Shown here: positions 8,547 through 16,764 of the stretch, in pieces | Layout of the letters: each line of letters begins with the position of its first letter | Position numbering within the stretch: position 1 is the stretch's first letter | Source: Rickettsiales bacterium | Lineage (GTDB): Bacteria; Pseudomonadota; Alphaproteobacteria; Rickettsiales; UBA3002 | Direction: 5' to 3' | Length of the DNA stretch: 35,471 bases | NCBI GenBank assembly: GCA_947441895.1 | Contig: CANEUT010000001.1 | Coordinates: forward strand, 1 to 35,471 | Translations under genes and position numbers: made by a program | The notes under the pieces: model-generated | The model's input: only the letters and a program-made list of their open reading frames with translations | What the model was told of the DNA's origin: nothing | Database searches by the model: none

Positions 8547-9736
8547 TGGTTGATGTTCCGCCACCACCGCCACCGCCCGAAAATCCATTCGATAATGGCT
8601 CCGACCCCTTCGCGCTGCCCGAAAATAACGAAAGCGGCCTCCGTCAGAATACACCGAGCGTCGCGGCAAAACCCGGACGAACGCTGGTAGTGCTTGGGGT
8701 GGTCGTCACTATTTTAGGCTTCCTGCTCTATAATATTTTCTTCTCGACCGCGAAAGAGGAAGAAGTGGCCCCGAAAGAAATTAAGGTGGTGCCCGCCGCG
8801 CCCGAACCTGCACCACCACCACCGATGATTGAAGCCCCCATCGCACCGCCACCTTCCATTTTGCCACCCACCATTCCAGCGCCCACCAGCATACAAATTC
8901 TAAAACCCGAAGATGACAGTGCTGCCCAAGCGCAAGCGCAAGCCCGCCAGCGCTCCAAAATGATGCTGGCCGATGATAGCGGCGGAGGGCTACTCGGTGG
9001 TGCCACCGGTGCAACAGCCCCCACACCCTCAACCGATCCCAACAGCGCCTTCGAAGCCAATGCCATTAAAGCCAGCCAAACCGAACGCGTGTTTGCCGGC
9101 CGCATTGGCAATCTGGGACGCACCATTGCTCAGGGCCGCATTATTCAGGCCACCATGGAATCGGCGCTCAACACCGATCTTCCCGCCCCCATTCGCGCCA
9201 TTGTCTCGCGTGATACTTACGGCGAAGCGGGCACCGTGCCCCTTATTCCCAAAGGCTCGCGCCTCATTGGCACCTACAACACCTCCCTGAGCAGTGGCCA
9301 AAGCCGCGTATTTGTGGTGTGGACACGTGTCATTCGCCCCGATGGGGTCGATGTTTTACTTGGTTCGCCCTTGGTCGATGGCATTGGTCAAGCTGGCATT
9401 GGCGGTCAAGTCGATACCAAATTCCAACAAATCTTTTCACGCGCCGTGCTTTCCAGCGTGGTAGGCATCGCCTTCGCCATCGGCTCCGAAAAAGTCAGCG
9501 GCGGCACCACCACCACCACCAATAGCAGCAATGGTTCAAGCACCAGCGGCGATGCCGCCTCCACCGCCACCATCAACGCGCTTAACCGGCTTGGTTCCGT
9601 CACCGATAGTTTTGTGCAGCGTTTTGTTGATGTGCAGCCCACTATTCTGGTGGACCAGGGCACGCCGGTGAATGTGTTCGTCAATCGCGACCTTGTTTTC
9701 CCGGGTGACACCGCTGGCGCACGGGTAATCAACTAA
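8546..9736 (+). CDS. virB10: VirB10-family T4SS core component
   Basis: 396 aa. It has a Pro-rich N-terminus, one TM (LVVLGVVVTILGFLLYNIFF), a Pro-rich linker and a conserved C-terminal barrel (IIQATMESALNTDLPAPIRAIVSRD..IPKGSRLIGTY..RVFVVWTRVIRPDGV). Its TAATG overlaps the virB9 stop. Confidence 0.9.
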   Translation: MVDVPPPPPPPENPFDNGSDPFALPENNESGLRQNTPSVAAKPGRTLVVLGVVVTILGFLLYNIFFSTAKEEEVAPKEIKVVPAAPEPAPPPPMIEAPIAPPPSILPPTIPAPTSIQILKPEDDSAAQAQAQARQRSKMMLADDSGGGLLGGATGATAPTPSTDPNSAFEANAIKASQTERVFAGRIGNLGRTIAQGRIIQATMESALNTDLPAPIRAIVSRDTYGEAGTVPLIPKGSRLIGTYNTSLSSGQSRVFVVWTRVIRPDGVDVLLGSPLVDGIGQAGIGGQVDTKFQQIFSRAVLSSVVGIAFAIGSEKVSGGTTTTTNSSNGSSTSGDAASTATINALNRLGSVTDSFVQRFVDVQPTILVDQGTPVNVFVNRDLVFPGDTAGARVIN

Positions 9737-10713
9737 TGAGCTTAACCGCACTCGACACCTATTTGCAGCCTCTCAAAGCCTTGTTCGACGAACAGGGTAT
9801 TCAGGAAATATCTATCAATCGCCCGGGCGAGGCATGGGTTGAACGCATGGGCGAAATGTCGCAAGCCCTACTACCCGAAATGACACTGGAACATATGCGG
9901 GCGCTGGCGCAGCTCATTGCCCAATCCACCTCGCAAACCATATCGGAAGAAAAGCCCCTGCTTTCCGCCACCTTGCCGGGCGGCTACCGCGTGCAAATCA
10001 TCATTCCACCAGCGTGCGATGCCGGGGTAGTGATGGCCATCCGCAAACAAACCACCATTCAAATGGATCTTGATAAATACGAAGCGCTTGGCGCGTTTGA
10101 AAATACCCGCACCGGCACCGGTCACCATGACCCCTATGACGCTATCTTAAGTGACCTCTATGCCAAGGGCGATGCTAAAAACTTCATCATTCAGGCCGTG
10201 AAGGCTAAAAAAAATATTATCATTTCAGGCGGCACCTCCACTGGTAAAACCACCTTCATGAATGCAGCGCTGAAAGAACTTCCGCCCATGGAGCGTATTT
10301 TAACCGTGGAAGATGTGCGTGAGGTGAATGTCGACCATATTCCCAACCGCGTGCATTTGCTGGCCAGCAAAGGCGGTCAGGGCCGCGCCCACGTTACCAC
10401 ACAAGACCTTATCGAAGCCTGTTTGCGCATGCGGCCCGACCGCATTATTGTGGGCGAGCTGCGCGGTGCCGAAGCATTTTCGTATCTGCGCGCGGTGAAC
10501 ACCGGCCACCCGGGTTCCATCGCCACGCTACACGCCGACACTCCAACCTTAGCCATTGAGCAGCTGATTCTGATGATTATGCAGGCCGATTTGGGTATCA
10601 CCCGTGACCAAATCAAAGAATATGTCGAAAGTGTCATTCAGGTCATTATTCAGCTGAAACGCGGCGAAAAAGGCCGTCGTTACGTCAGCGAGATTTATTA
10701 TAAGCCTTTATAG
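9736..10713 (+). CDS. virB11: VirB11-family T4SS traffic ATPase
   Basis: 325 aa. Walker A is ISGGTSTGKTTF, the Asp box/Walker B region is RPDRIIVGELRG, and the His box is NTGHPGSIATLHA. Its TAATG overlaps the virB10 stop. Confidence 0.95.
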   Translation: MSLTALDTYLQPLKALFDEQGIQEISINRPGEAWVERMGEMSQALLPEMTLEHMRALAQLIAQSTSQTISEEKPLLSATLPGGYRVQIIIPPACDAGVVMAIRKQTTIQMDLDKYEALGAFENTRTGTGHHDPYDAILSDLYAKGDAKNFIIQAVKAKKNIIISGGTSTGKTTFMNAALKELPPMERILTVEDVREVNVDHIPNRVHLLASKGGQGRAHVTTQDLIEACLRMRPDRIIVGELRGAEAFSYLRAVNTGHPGSIATLHADTPTLAIEQLILMIMQADLGITRDQIKEYVESVIQVIIQLKRGEKGRRYVSEIYYKPL

Positions 10714-10862
10714 CGGCGTAGCCGCGTGGGGGATAAGAATCCCCCGCTTCGCTCCCCCTCGAACGCTCACGCTCCGGCTCGCCATGGAAGGCTACGCATC
10801 TATCCTTCAAACGTCACCGTCATCAGTGCGTAGCGCTTTATGGCGCGAGCCGCGCCAGCGCT
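10714..10862. repeat. Palindromic intergenic repeat: full left arm, loop, truncated right arm; it starts 1 nt after the virB11 stop
   Basis: The left arm (10714-10797) includes the hairpin GGGGGAT-aaga-ATCCCCC and ..CGCTCCGGCTCGCCATGGAAGGCTACGCA. The right arm begins GCGTAGCGCTTTATGGCGCGAGCCG at 10828. It is the same family as the copies at 1896, 20638, 28034, 29248 and 30484. Confidence 0.85.
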
Positions 10863-10945
10863 AATAAAACAAGCATGATGGTGGGCCGCATACGGGATAA
10901 AACGAATCATTGGCAAGGCCGCGCAAGTCGCGTAAAACTACCATC

Positions 10946-12823
10946 ATGCCCGAGTCGCTCCATAAACTCATGAACAAGCTTTTGCTCACCGCGCTCATTG
11001 TGGTGGCGTTGCTGGTGCCCATTTATCTGGGCATGACAGTGGGCTTCATGCTTGGCCACCGCTATCTTTCCACCTTGCAGCAACAACAACCCGCATCGGT
11101 GCTCACCTATGTCATGTCGGCCAGCAACCCCATTGGCATCATCAAAGGCTATGGCGCCATTCACACGCAGGCCAGCTACTACAAACAATACCCACAATAT
11201 CGCCAATATTATTTCAACGCCGGGTTCGACGCGAAGTTTTATGGACCGGTCATTGCGGGGGCATTTTTTGGTCTGTTCACCCTGTTCATGATGCGCGCGG
11301 TGCTGCTTGATTTTCAGCCCTTCCGCAAAAAAGAGAAAATCCACGGTGATGCCAAATGGTCCGACGAAGCAGCCATTCGCCGCGCCAAAATGCGCTGTAA
11401 AAAAGGCTTCCTCATGGGCCGCACCGGTGCCGCCAACTACCTCATTATCGATGACTTCCAGCACGTGCTGCTGTTTGCACCCACCGGCTCGGGTAAGGGT
11501 GTGGGTTTCGTGATTCCCAACCTGCTTTTCTGGGAAGAATCCATCATCTGCCACGATATTAAAGGTGAAAACTACGAGCTCACCAGCGGCTATCGCTGGA
11601 ACAAATTAAAGCAGCAATGCTATTACTGGAACCCGGCCGACCCCAACGGCATTTCTCACTGCTATAACCCGTTGGATTGGATTTCCGAGAAGCCCGGCCA
11701 AATGGTCGATGACGTGCAGAAAATCTGTAACCTGGTGTTGCCCGAACAGGAATTCTGGCAGAACGAAGCGCGCTCGCTCATGCTGGGCATTATTCTTTAT
11801 TTGTGCGCCGTGCCGGAAAAAATCACCAGCTTCGGCGAAGTGGTGCGCACCATGCGATCCGATGACGTGGTCTATAACCTCGCCGTGGTGCTCGACACCA
11901 TCGGCGGCAAAATTCACCCCGTGGCCTACATGAACATTGCGGCGTTCTTGCAGAAGGCCGATAAGGAACGTTCCGGCGTTATTTCAACCCTCAACTCCGG
12001 CCTCGAACTCTGGGCGAACCCGCTGATTGACACCACCACCGCGTCGTCCGACTTCGACATGCAAACGCTGAAAAAGAAAAAACAAACCGTGTATTGCGGC
12101 GTCACGCCCGACAACTTACAGCGCTTGGAACCACTGCTGAAAGTATTCTATCAGCAGGCGACCGACTTCCTCACCCGCACCATGCCCAAGGCCGATGAGC
12201 CCCATGGCGTGATGTTCATGATGGATGAGTTTCCATCGCTCGGTGAAATGCCGCAATTCCAAATCGGCATCGCCTACTTCCGTGGTTACCGCGTGAAACT
12301 TTTCCTCATTGTGCAAGATACCCAGCAGCTCAAGGGCATCTATGAAGAAGCGGGCATGAACAGCTTCCTTTCAAACAGCTATTACCGCGTCACCTTCTCG
12401 GCGAACAACATGGAAACCGCGAATATGATTTCGCAACTGGTGGGTAACAAAACCGCCATCGCCGAATCGCACAACCGTCCAAAATTTGTTGATTTCAACC
12501 CTGCTTCGCGCACCATGCATGTGTCCGAAACCCAGCGCGCCCTGCTGCTGCCACAGGAAGTAATTCAGCTGCCGCGTGACGAGGAAATTATCCTCGTGGA
12601 ATCGTTCCCGCCCATTAAATGCAAAAAGATTTTTTACTTCAAAGACAGTTTCTTCAAAAAACGTCTGCTGCCGCCTACCGCGGTGCCCACGCAAGAACCT
12701 TACGATCCGCGTAAGAAGAAAAAAGCCGTGGCCGCCGCGCCGCCGCCGCCAGCTGACACCACCCCCGACGCACCACCACCAGCCGATAGTGGTGAAACCA
12801 GCGGCACCCCCGCCACCACCTAG
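10946..12823 (+). CDS. virD4: VirD4/TraG-family type IV coupling protein
   Basis: The track ORF starts at TTG 10910. The first ATG is at 10946 (MPESLHKLMNK..) and is followed by TM helices. Walker A is FAPTGSGKGVGFVIPNLL and Walker B is VMFMMDEFPSLG. The C-terminal tail is Lys/Pro-rich. Confidence 0.9.
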   Translation: MPESLHKLMNKLLLTALIVVALLVPIYLGMTVGFMLGHRYLSTLQQQQPASVLTYVMSASNPIGIIKGYGAIHTQASYYKQYPQYRQYYFNAGFDAKFYGPVIAGAFFGLFTLFMMRAVLLDFQPFRKKEKIHGDAKWSDEAAIRRAKMRCKKGFLMGRTGAANYLIIDDFQHVLLFAPTGSGKGVGFVIPNLLFWEESIICHDIKGENYELTSGYRWNKLKQQCYYWNPADPNGISHCYNPLDWISEKPGQMVDDVQKICNLVLPEQEFWQNEARSLMLGIILYLCAVPEKITSFGEVVRTMRSDDVVYNLAVVLDTIGGKIHPVAYMNIAAFLQKADKERSGVISTLNSGLELWANPLIDTTTASSDFDMQTLKKKKQTVYCGVTPDNLQRLEPLLKVFYQQATDFLTRTMPKADEPHGVMFMMDEFPSLGEMPQFQIGIAYFRGYRVKLFLIVQDTQQLKGIYEEAGMNSFLSNSYYRVTFSANNMETANMISQLVGNKTAIAESHNRPKFVDFNPASRTMHVSETQRALLLPQEVIQLPRDEEIILVESFPPIKCKKIFYFKDSFFKKRLLPPTAVPTQEPYDPRKKKKAVAAAPPPPADTTPDAPPPADSGETSGTPATT

Positions 12824-12836
12824 TTTTGATTTATAT

Positions 12837-12864
12837 TTCAACGCCTGCGTTAATTTGTTATATT
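12837..12864 (+). promoter_or_regulatory. Candidate sigma70-like promoter (TTCAAC-N16-TATATT) upstream of the prepilin-type gene
   Basis: The hexamers were read from the AT-rich gap just after the virD4 stop. This is hexamer matching only. Confidence 0.25.
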
Positions 12865-12939
12865 CTTTAAATGCAATGGAGTAGTGAATGATGGTTACGA
12901 ATAATGCCCCCTCCCGCTAAGTTAGGCTTTTGCCTTTTA

Positions 12940-13064
12940 CCTCTCCCCTCGGGAGAGGTCGGCGTGCCCTTGGGCATGACGGGTGAGGGCATCGCGCCCA
13001 AAACACCCATGCCCTCACCCGAAAACCGCGCAGAGCGTCTTTCGACCTCTCCCGAGGGGAGAGG
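12940..13064. repeat. Compound nested palindrome built from short REP-like units
   Basis: The outer arms are CCTCTCCCCTCGGGAGAGGTCG (12940-12961) and CGACCTCTCCCGAGGGGAGAGG (13043-13064). The inner arms are GGGTGAGGGCAT (12981-12992) and ATGCCCTCACCC (13009-13020). Confidence 0.8.
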
Positions 13065-13854
13065 TAAGAAAAGTGCCTTTTCCCTCGTCGAGCTTTCCAT
13101 CGTGCTGGTCATTCTTGGGCTTCTGACAGGCGGCATTCTGGCCGGACAATCCCTCATCCGTGCCTCGGAGCTGCGCGCCGTCACCTCCGAATATCAGCGC
13201 TATACCGCTGCTACTAATACATTTCGCGACAAATATTTTGCCCTGCCCGGTGATATGAATAACGCCACTCGGTTCTGGGGCAGGCTAACCGCAAACGCCG
13301 ATTGCGTTACCAATTCTGCCGCCGGTGTTGGCTTGCCCGGATCATGCGATGGTAATGGCGATGGCGTCATCGGTTATGGTGCCGTGGCGAACGGCTCTGG
13401 TGAACTGTTCCAAGTGTGGCGACAGCTTGCCAATGCGGGTTTGATCGAAGGCAACTATACTGGGTTGGCGGGACCGACAGCACCTACCGCTGGCTATGAC
13501 GCAGCGCTGGGGAGCAATGTCCCCAAGTCAAAGCTCAGCAATGGTGGTTGGAGCATCCAAAATTTTGCGAACTTTGGGGGTGACTCGTATTTTTATGCCG
13601 GTGATTTCGGCAATGTCCTGTTCTTTGGTGGGCAAAATCCTGGGAATTCCGCTTTTGTACCCATATTGAAGCCGGAAGAAGCCTGGAATATTGATACGAA
13701 ATTGGATGACGGCAAGCCCGGAACTGGGCGAATTATCTCAACACAGTGGAATAGCATTTGTGCTACCTCCACTGCGTTCAATGATTATACGGGTTCTTAT
13801 AATTTAAGTAGCGCGTCGAAAAGCTGCGCCCTTATGTTCACGAAAGCGCTTTAG
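13009..13854 (+). CDS. Protein with a prepilin-type N-terminal cleavage/methylation domain (type IV pilin / T2SS pseudopilin-like)
   Basis: ..GKKSA|FSLVELSIVLVILGLLTGGILAG matches the class III signal (F+1, E+5, hydrophobic helix). The start is uncertain: in-frame ATGs occur at 12904, 12976 and 13009, all inside or upstream of the palindromic repeat. I list 13009 because it gives the shortest leader. The globular part contains Cys residues and Gly-rich stretches. Confidence 0.7.
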   Translation: MPSPENRAERLSTSPEGRGKKSAFSLVELSIVLVILGLLTGGILAGQSLIRASELRAVTSEYQRYTAATNTFRDKYFALPGDMNNATRFWGRLTANADCVTNSAAGVGLPGSCDGNGDGVIGYGAVANGSGELFQVWRQLANAGLIEGNYTGLAGPTAPTAGYDAALGSNVPKSKLSNGGWSIQNFANFGGDSYFYAGDFGNVLFFGGQNPGNSAFVPILKPEEAWNIDTKLDDGKPGTGRIISTQWNSICATSTAFNDYTGSYNLSSASKSCALMFTKAL

Positions 13855-13906
13855 AAAGCTCACTATAATACGCGACTACGGTTGTGATACTAACCCCCCT
13901 CCAAAA

Positions 13907-14410
13907 CTAATACCTTAACACCCGAAGGGTGGCACCCTGCGGCGCCACATCACTCCAACTTCCCACCTCAAATTCCAGCACGGCGCAAGCGCTGGTGGGG
14001 AATTTTAACATCACTTTATCGGCATCGGCGTCGTTGGCATAGTCGCCCACCAGAAGCGCCAGAAGCCCGTGTAGGCCTGGGTTGTGGGCAATCACCATCA
14101 CGCTGGCCACCGCATCATCGCATGCCTGAATTTGCGCCAGCAATTCACCCGCGTTGGCCAAATAAATTTTGTCACTCAGCTGGGTGGGCAGCGTTTTACC
14201 AAGTCCCGCCAACGTTTCGCGGGTGCGGGTGGCGGTTGAACACAGCACCAGTTCGGGCCACAATACTTCCGTTCCAATCCACGCACCAAGCGCGGCGGCG
14301 TCGTTTTGTCCGCGGCCACTCAGGCTGCGGGCATGATCACCCGCCACATCTTCTTCCACGGCTTTTGCGTGACGCACCAGCATTACGCGGCGCTTGATTG
14401 GTTTTTTCAT
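13907..14410 (-). CDS. sixA: SixA-type histidine phosphatase superfamily protein
   Basis: From ATG 14410 the protein reads MKKPIKRRVMLVRHAKAVEE..D..RSLSGRGQNDA..CSTATRTRETL..VIAHNPGL, which contains the RHxxA and H catalytic motifs. The track ORF extends 12 codons further, to 14446. Confidence 0.7.
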   Translation of the reverse strand: MKKPIKRRVMLVRHAKAVEEDVAGDHARSLSGRGQNDAAALGAWIGTEVLWPELVLCSTATRTRETLAGLGKTLPTQLSDKIYLANAGELLAQIQACDDAVASVMVIAHNPGLHGLLALLVGDYANDADADKVMLKFPTSACAVLEFEVGSWSDVAPQGATLRVLRY

Positions 14411-14496
14411 GTGACTCGTCGATGGTTCGTGATATTCATTATTCACCCGTCATAATATGGTTCACCGCCACACACAAGTTGCAGCGCAGTAATTCT

Positions 14497-16764
14497 ATGT
14501 CGAAACGCAAAAGCCCCACCCAATCCACCGCCAAGAATCGCGGAAGACCACGGTTAATGCCTGCACCAACGGCGCCAAAAGTCGCCCTACCCAAGCTTGA
14601 TGAAACCATCATCGCGGCTCATTTTACCAAGCCCGAACATCGTTTCATCAACCGCGAGCTTTCGTGGCTGGCCTTTAACACCCGCGTGCTGGAAGAGGCG
14701 CAAAACCTCAATAATCCGCTGCTGGAGCGCGTGCGATTCTTGTCAATCTCGGCGAACAACCTTGATGAATTCACCATGGTGCGCGTAGCCGGTTTAATGG
14801 ATCAGGTGCGCCACGGCGTGCACAGTATTTCATCTGACGGGCTAAGCCCTAAGCAGCAGCTTTACGCCATTCGTGACGCAGCAAACAAACTGATGAATGC
14901 CCAGCAGCAATGCTGGCTTGATCTGAAAAAGAAGCTCGCCAAAGAATCCATTCATGTGGTGCAGGAAAAAGCACTCTCCGCGGCCGATAAAAACTGGCTG
15001 AAAGAATATTTCGCTGCCAATATTTTTCCGCTGCTCACCCCCATGGCGGTCGATCCGGCGCACCCTTTCCCCTTCATTCCCAACCTTGGCATGGTGCAGG
15101 TGCTCGAGCTTTCGCCACCACGCAAACCCGGCAAACGGATGATTGCGTTGGTGCCATTTCCAGCCACGCAACCGCGCTTCATTCGCCTTGGCCTGGGCAA
15201 ATCAACCCGCTTCATGCTGCTGGAAGATGTGGTTGCGCTTTGCTTTGCTGAACTTTTCCCGGGCTTCTCGCTGCATGCCACTGGCGTGTTCCGCATCGTG
15301 CGCGATTCCGATTTAGAGATTGAAGAAGAAGCGGAAGACCTGATGCGCAATTTAGATATTGCCGTAAAAAAGCGTCGCCACGGCCGTGTGGTACGGGTAA
15401 AAACCAACCGCAATGTGGCCCCAAAATTGCTGCAATTCATGCTCGACCATTTACCCGCCGATGCCGACGATGTGGTGGAGGTTGATGGCATGGTTGGCCT
15501 AACAAATCTAAGCGAATTATGCAGTATCGCTCGCCCCGAGCTCTATTACACACCCTTTAAAGTGCGCTTCCCCGGACGCGTGAATGACTATGGCGGCGAC
15601 TGCTTTGCCGCCATTCAGGCGAAAGATATTATTGTCCACCACCCCTATGAAAGTTTCGATGTGGTGGTGCAGTTTTTGCAGCAAGCCTCCATCGACCCCG
15701 ACGTGGTTTCCATCAAACAAACGCTGTATCGCACCAGCCATGATTCGCCCATTGTAAAGGCACTGGTGATGGCCGCTGAAAATGGTAAATCGGTCACCGC
15801 ATTGGTGGAACTGAAGGCCCGCTTCGACGAAGAAGCCAACATTCGCCTTGCCCGCACCATGGAACGTGCCGGGGTACAAGTGGTCTATGGTTTCGTGGAA
15901 ATGAAAACCCATGCCAAACTGTCGCTTGTCACCCGCCGCGAACATGGCAGCCTGCGCTCATACGCCCATATTGGCACGGGCAATTACCACCCCGCCACGG
16001 CGAAGGTGTATACTGATTTATCGTTCTTCACCTGCGATCACGCCATCTGTCAGGACGCAGGCTATGTCTTTAACTATATCACCGGCTATGCCAAACCAGT
16101 GAGATTCAAAAAATTCTCGGTAGCACCCATTGGCATGCGTCGCCAATTGCTGCGGTTGATTGCGGCAGAAATAGAATTCGCCCGTGCTGGAAAAACCGCT
16201 ACCATCTGGGCAAAAATGAATGCGCTGGTCGATGAAGAAATCATCGATGCGCTTTATGCCGCCTCGCAAGCGGGCGTACAAATTGACTTGGTGGTGCGTG
16301 GCATTTGCGCGCTCAAACCAGGCATTCGTGGTTTCTCCGAAAACATCCGCGTCAAAAGCCTGGTTGGCCGCTTTCTTGAACATGCCCGCATTTATTGCTT
16401 TGGCAATGGCGCTCCCATGCCATCGACCACCGCCAAGGTTTATATCTCCTCAGCCGATTGGATGGCGCGCAGCTTCGACCGCCGGGTCGAGGTGATGGTG
16501 CCGATTGAAAACGCCACCGTGCATGCGCAGGTGCTCAGCCAAATCATGGTGGCCAATTTGAAAGATGCGCGCCAAAGCTGGCGACTCCATGCCGATGGCA
16601 GCTACCACCGCATCAGCGATGATGTGCAAGCTTTCGCTGCACATGATTATTTCATGAACAACCCATCGCTTTCGGGCCGTGGAAAGGCGCTGGCACAGCT
16701 GACGACTCAACCCAATGTGCCCGTTGTAACGCTCGCTAAAAAGAAGCGCCACACGCGTCGATGA
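14497..16764 (+). CDS. ppk: Polyphosphate kinase 1
   Basis: From ATG 14497 (MSKRKSPTQ..). Motifs include FINRELSWLAFNTRVLEEA, ERVRFLSISANNLDEFTMVRV and the two PLD-like C-terminal domains (..HAKLSLV.. and ..RFLEHARIYCF). The track ORF start at 14398 is an upstream TTG read-through. Confidence 0.95.
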   Translation: MSKRKSPTQSTAKNRGRPRLMPAPTAPKVALPKLDETIIAAHFTKPEHRFINRELSWLAFNTRVLEEAQNLNNPLLERVRFLSISANNLDEFTMVRVAGLMDQVRHGVHSISSDGLSPKQQLYAIRDAANKLMNAQQQCWLDLKKKLAKESIHVVQEKALSAADKNWLKEYFAANIFPLLTPMAVDPAHPFPFIPNLGMVQVLELSPPRKPGKRMIALVPFPATQPRFIRLGLGKSTRFMLLEDVVALCFAELFPGFSLHATGVFRIVRDSDLEIEEEAEDLMRNLDIAVKKRRHGRVVRVKTNRNVAPKLLQFMLDHLPADADDVVEVDGMVGLTNLSELCSIARPELYYTPFKVRFPGRVNDYGGDCFAAIQAKDIIVHHPYESFDVVVQFLQQASIDPDVVSIKQTLYRTSHDSPIVKALVMAAENGKSVTALVELKARFDEEANIRLARTMERAGVQVVYGFVEMKTHAKLSLVTRREHGSLRSYAHIGTGNYHPATAKVYTDLSFFTCDHAICQDAGYVFNYITGYAKPVRFKKFSVAPIGMRRQLLRLIAAEIEFARAGKTATIWAKMNALVDEEIIDALYAASQAGVQIDLVVRGICALKPGIRGFSENIRVKSLVGRFLEHARIYCFGNGAPMPSTTAKVYISSADWMARSFDRRVEVMVPIENATVHAQVLSQIMVANLKDARQSWRLHADGSYHRISDDVQAFAAHDYFMNNPSLSGRGKALAQLTTQPNVPVVTLAKKKRHTRR

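Noticed and set aside
7758-8669. 303-aa minus-strand ORF covering virB9 and the start of virB10
   Set aside because: It is antisense to two genes with clear family motifs. The product is Arg/His/Gly/Ala/Ile-rich with no motif, so I treat it as a shadow ORF. The same reasoning applies to 10907..11554, 14952..15491, 16856..17383, 20058..20642, 24800..25402, 3660..4238, 4251..4706 and 29830..30294.
10875-10973. 32-codon ORF (ATGATGGTGGGCCGC..) in the virB11-virD4 gap as a missing small T4SS component
   Set aside because: It has no SD, no hydrophobic or lipobox feature expected for VirB3 or VirB7, and it overlaps the likely virD4 start. Most likely it is chance.
2159-12823. Calling the T4SS region an integrative conjugative element or genomic island
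   Set aside because: The window contains no integrase, relaxase, tRNA target or direct-repeat boundaries. By eye its composition matches the flanking housekeeping genes. Only the repeats at 1896 and 10714 are nearby, and they belong to a genome-wide family.
12867-13184. Small ORFs translated from repeat DNA (for example 12867..13184 minus, 1802..1996, 18843..19058, 29068..29447, 30204..30575)
   Set aside because: Their sequence is the palindromic repeat units read in frame (..SERGG.., ..VIPAKAGIH.., ..SLRGGEADVAI..). They recur on both strands wherever the repeat occurs, so they are not genes.
14398-14496. N-terminal extensions of track ORFs (ppk from 14398, thiG from 19623, OmpA-family from 28328, purM from 24761, sixA to 14446, virB2 from 2159)
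   Set aside because: The extensions start at non-ATG codons, overlap neighbouring genes or repeats, and precede an ATG that gives the conserved N-terminus. For thiG, virB2 and the 25896 ORF there is also a visible SD.
14411-14496. Pho-box-like site in the sixA/ppk divergent promoter (CGTCATAATATGGTTCACC); a similar GTCAC..TTCAC lies at 30601-30618
   Set aside because: The half-site spacing differs between the two (7 versus 6 nt). Neither matches the 11-bp register seen at virB2. The match is too weak to call without a genome-wide motif model.
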